DNA of 64,000 nt, from positions 2,790,001 through 2,854,000 of the forward strand of contig CM030338.1 of NCBI GenBank assembly GCA_017654855.1. The letters run 5' to 3'. Of this stretch, positions 62,347-64,000 are shown one piece after another (within the stretch, counting starts at the first letter, position 1; every line of letters begins with the position of its first letter). The notes beneath the pieces were generated by a model. It was not told where the DNA came from. It made no database searches and was given only the letters and a program-made list of their open reading frames with translations. The position numbers were made by a program, and so were the translations under genes. Origin of the DNA: Podospora anserina. Its lineage: Eukaryota.

Positions 62347-63501
62347 GGTGGTGTTGTGGTTGAAGAGGTGGCCACACCGCTGAAGAGTGTCTATCAAGGT
62401 TGTCTCAGCCTTTGGATGGTGGTGGTGGTGGTGATGGTGGTGGGTGGGCAAGGCTGTCTTGGAAAAAATTCCCGTGATTTGTTGATCGGCAGTAAAAAGA
62501 CCCCTGCAAGGCACCGTGGGGTCAGACAGATTCAAGCATTCGACCCCACCGAGCCTCATCGATTGAAGAAGTGGAAGATCATGAATTATCTGTATGGGAG
62601 CACAAATGGGATAGAAGCATGGTTCGCATGGGAGTTAATTAGCTCTAGTTACACGATAGTGCCCACGAGGCGATGCTTTTCTGTAGCACAGGCGACACAA
62701 TGGCCACGTCGAGACACCTTCTTCAGCAAACCATCAAGGTGCCCGCTGAGGAGTGAGGTCAGCCCTGTTGGTGATTGGCAATGGAGGCTGGGCGGTCAAA
62801 GAGACCCTTGTTCCACAGCCATGGCGGGGGATGGGCGCAACTCTCCACGGCGGAGTTTGATGATGATGACGATGATGCCATGGGGTGGGATCTGGATGTA
62901 GTGGGGGAGGGAGTTCTGCTTATCTTTCAAATCATTTTTTTTTGTCTCTGCCGCACATATGACACCCGGCACATTGGCCAACAAGCAAGGCCGCCTTATC
63001 GCTTCAAAGAGGGTGTTCGTACGGCCAAGTCATAGATAGAGTATTACCTGCTCGAGTTGGCATTTCTCCGGGGAGCGATCGGAGGCTTAGTCTCGAAGGA
63101 CAGAAAAGAGGAAGGTCGCTTTTTGACAAGTACCGAAAGAAGGCAAAAGGCCATCGAGGTTCTCAAAGCCTACCCACCTTTGCCGCATGACACCCACGAC
63201 AACCTAACTGGGGTTCCTTTTGTTCGCCTCCCGCCCCCCTCGTTTCCTGATACCTTCCATTCATTCCTTTGATTCTGATCCCAACATTGTCGAATGTCAA
63301 TCTTTCTTCGACTGCACCAAATCCGTAATCCAGACACCGGAGCTAGACCTACCGACAGAGAACAACCACCTTGAAAGCCGCGAGTCAGGGTTCCTCGTCC
63401 CCCACAAACCGTTTGCAAAGACCAAAAAAAACAAAAAACAGACACCAACGGACCTAGATAGTATTCGAGCGAGCGAGCGAGCGGACTGCACCCAGTTCAT
63501 C

Positions 63502-64000
63502 ATGGTCCAAGGCGACCTGGACAATGACACGAGGGGATGGATAATGTGTGCGGTGAGCGGTATAGGTGCGTGACGCAATCATTCCCGAGGGCCGTTTGGT
63601 CGTGTAGGACGCCATGCGACGAGCAGTTCTCACCGTTTTGAAGGCGGATTCCTGTCAATTGTTTGTCCACTTCGCTAACCTCGAATTCTCTGTCTAGCAT
63701 GCATCGCGGGCGCTTCAATAATATGCATCGACGTGTTTGTTCGCCTAATACCCGGCCAGCGCGACTTCCGCATCCAAGAGAGCAATGTCTTCCTCGCATG
63801 CTCCCTCAGCTTGAGCTTCGGTGTCATGGTGTTCTCGGCATTGAACAGCATGCTTCCCTCGGCCATGCGCTATCTTCTTAAGGATGAGTGGGACAGGCAA
63901 AAGGCGGGATTACTCATGATGGGGTGCTTTGTTGGGGGCTTCTTTGGCATCCAGCTCATATCACACGTCCTGCACCAGTACCTCCCGTCGCACATAGTGG
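63502..64000 (+). CDS. ZRT3: ZIP-family zinc transporter (Zrt3-like), 3'-truncated by the window edge
   Basis: MVQGDLDNDTRGWIMCAVSGI, intron ~63566-63697, then ACIAGASIICID..FLACSLSLSFGVMVFSALNSMLP. The frame stays open to the window end. Confidence 0.78.

Overview
Eukaryotic DNA from a filamentous ascomycete (Sordariomycete-like, plausibly Podospora or a relative; this is inferred from the gene set, short GT-AG introns, RIP-like mutation and microsatellites). About 15 conserved intron-containing genes are present: a WW-domain protein (partial), RIX1, YPP1-like, a family III CoA-transferase with an apparent frameshift, a Zn2Cys6 transcription factor, an intradiol dioxygenase, an OPT transporter, CEM1, CBP3, DFR1, a mitochondrial membrane protein, PDX1, an LRR protein, NTO1, NUC1 and a ZRT3-like ZIP transporter (partial). 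There is also one tRNA-Val(AAC). Most notable: (1) a 1,569-bp RIP-degraded miniature LTR element with ~155-bp LTRs and an intact GGATG target-site duplication at 37546-39114; (2) an array of five paralogous, mostly broken genes of an unrecognised family (W-x-x-Y-W-H-type motif plus QQxxIxxLxxRVxxLE coiled-coil repeats) between NTO1 and NUC1; (3) a candidate aromatic-catabolism cluster; (4) a tRNA-like remnant with A and B boxes and an A-tail. All calls were made by eye, with no database searches.
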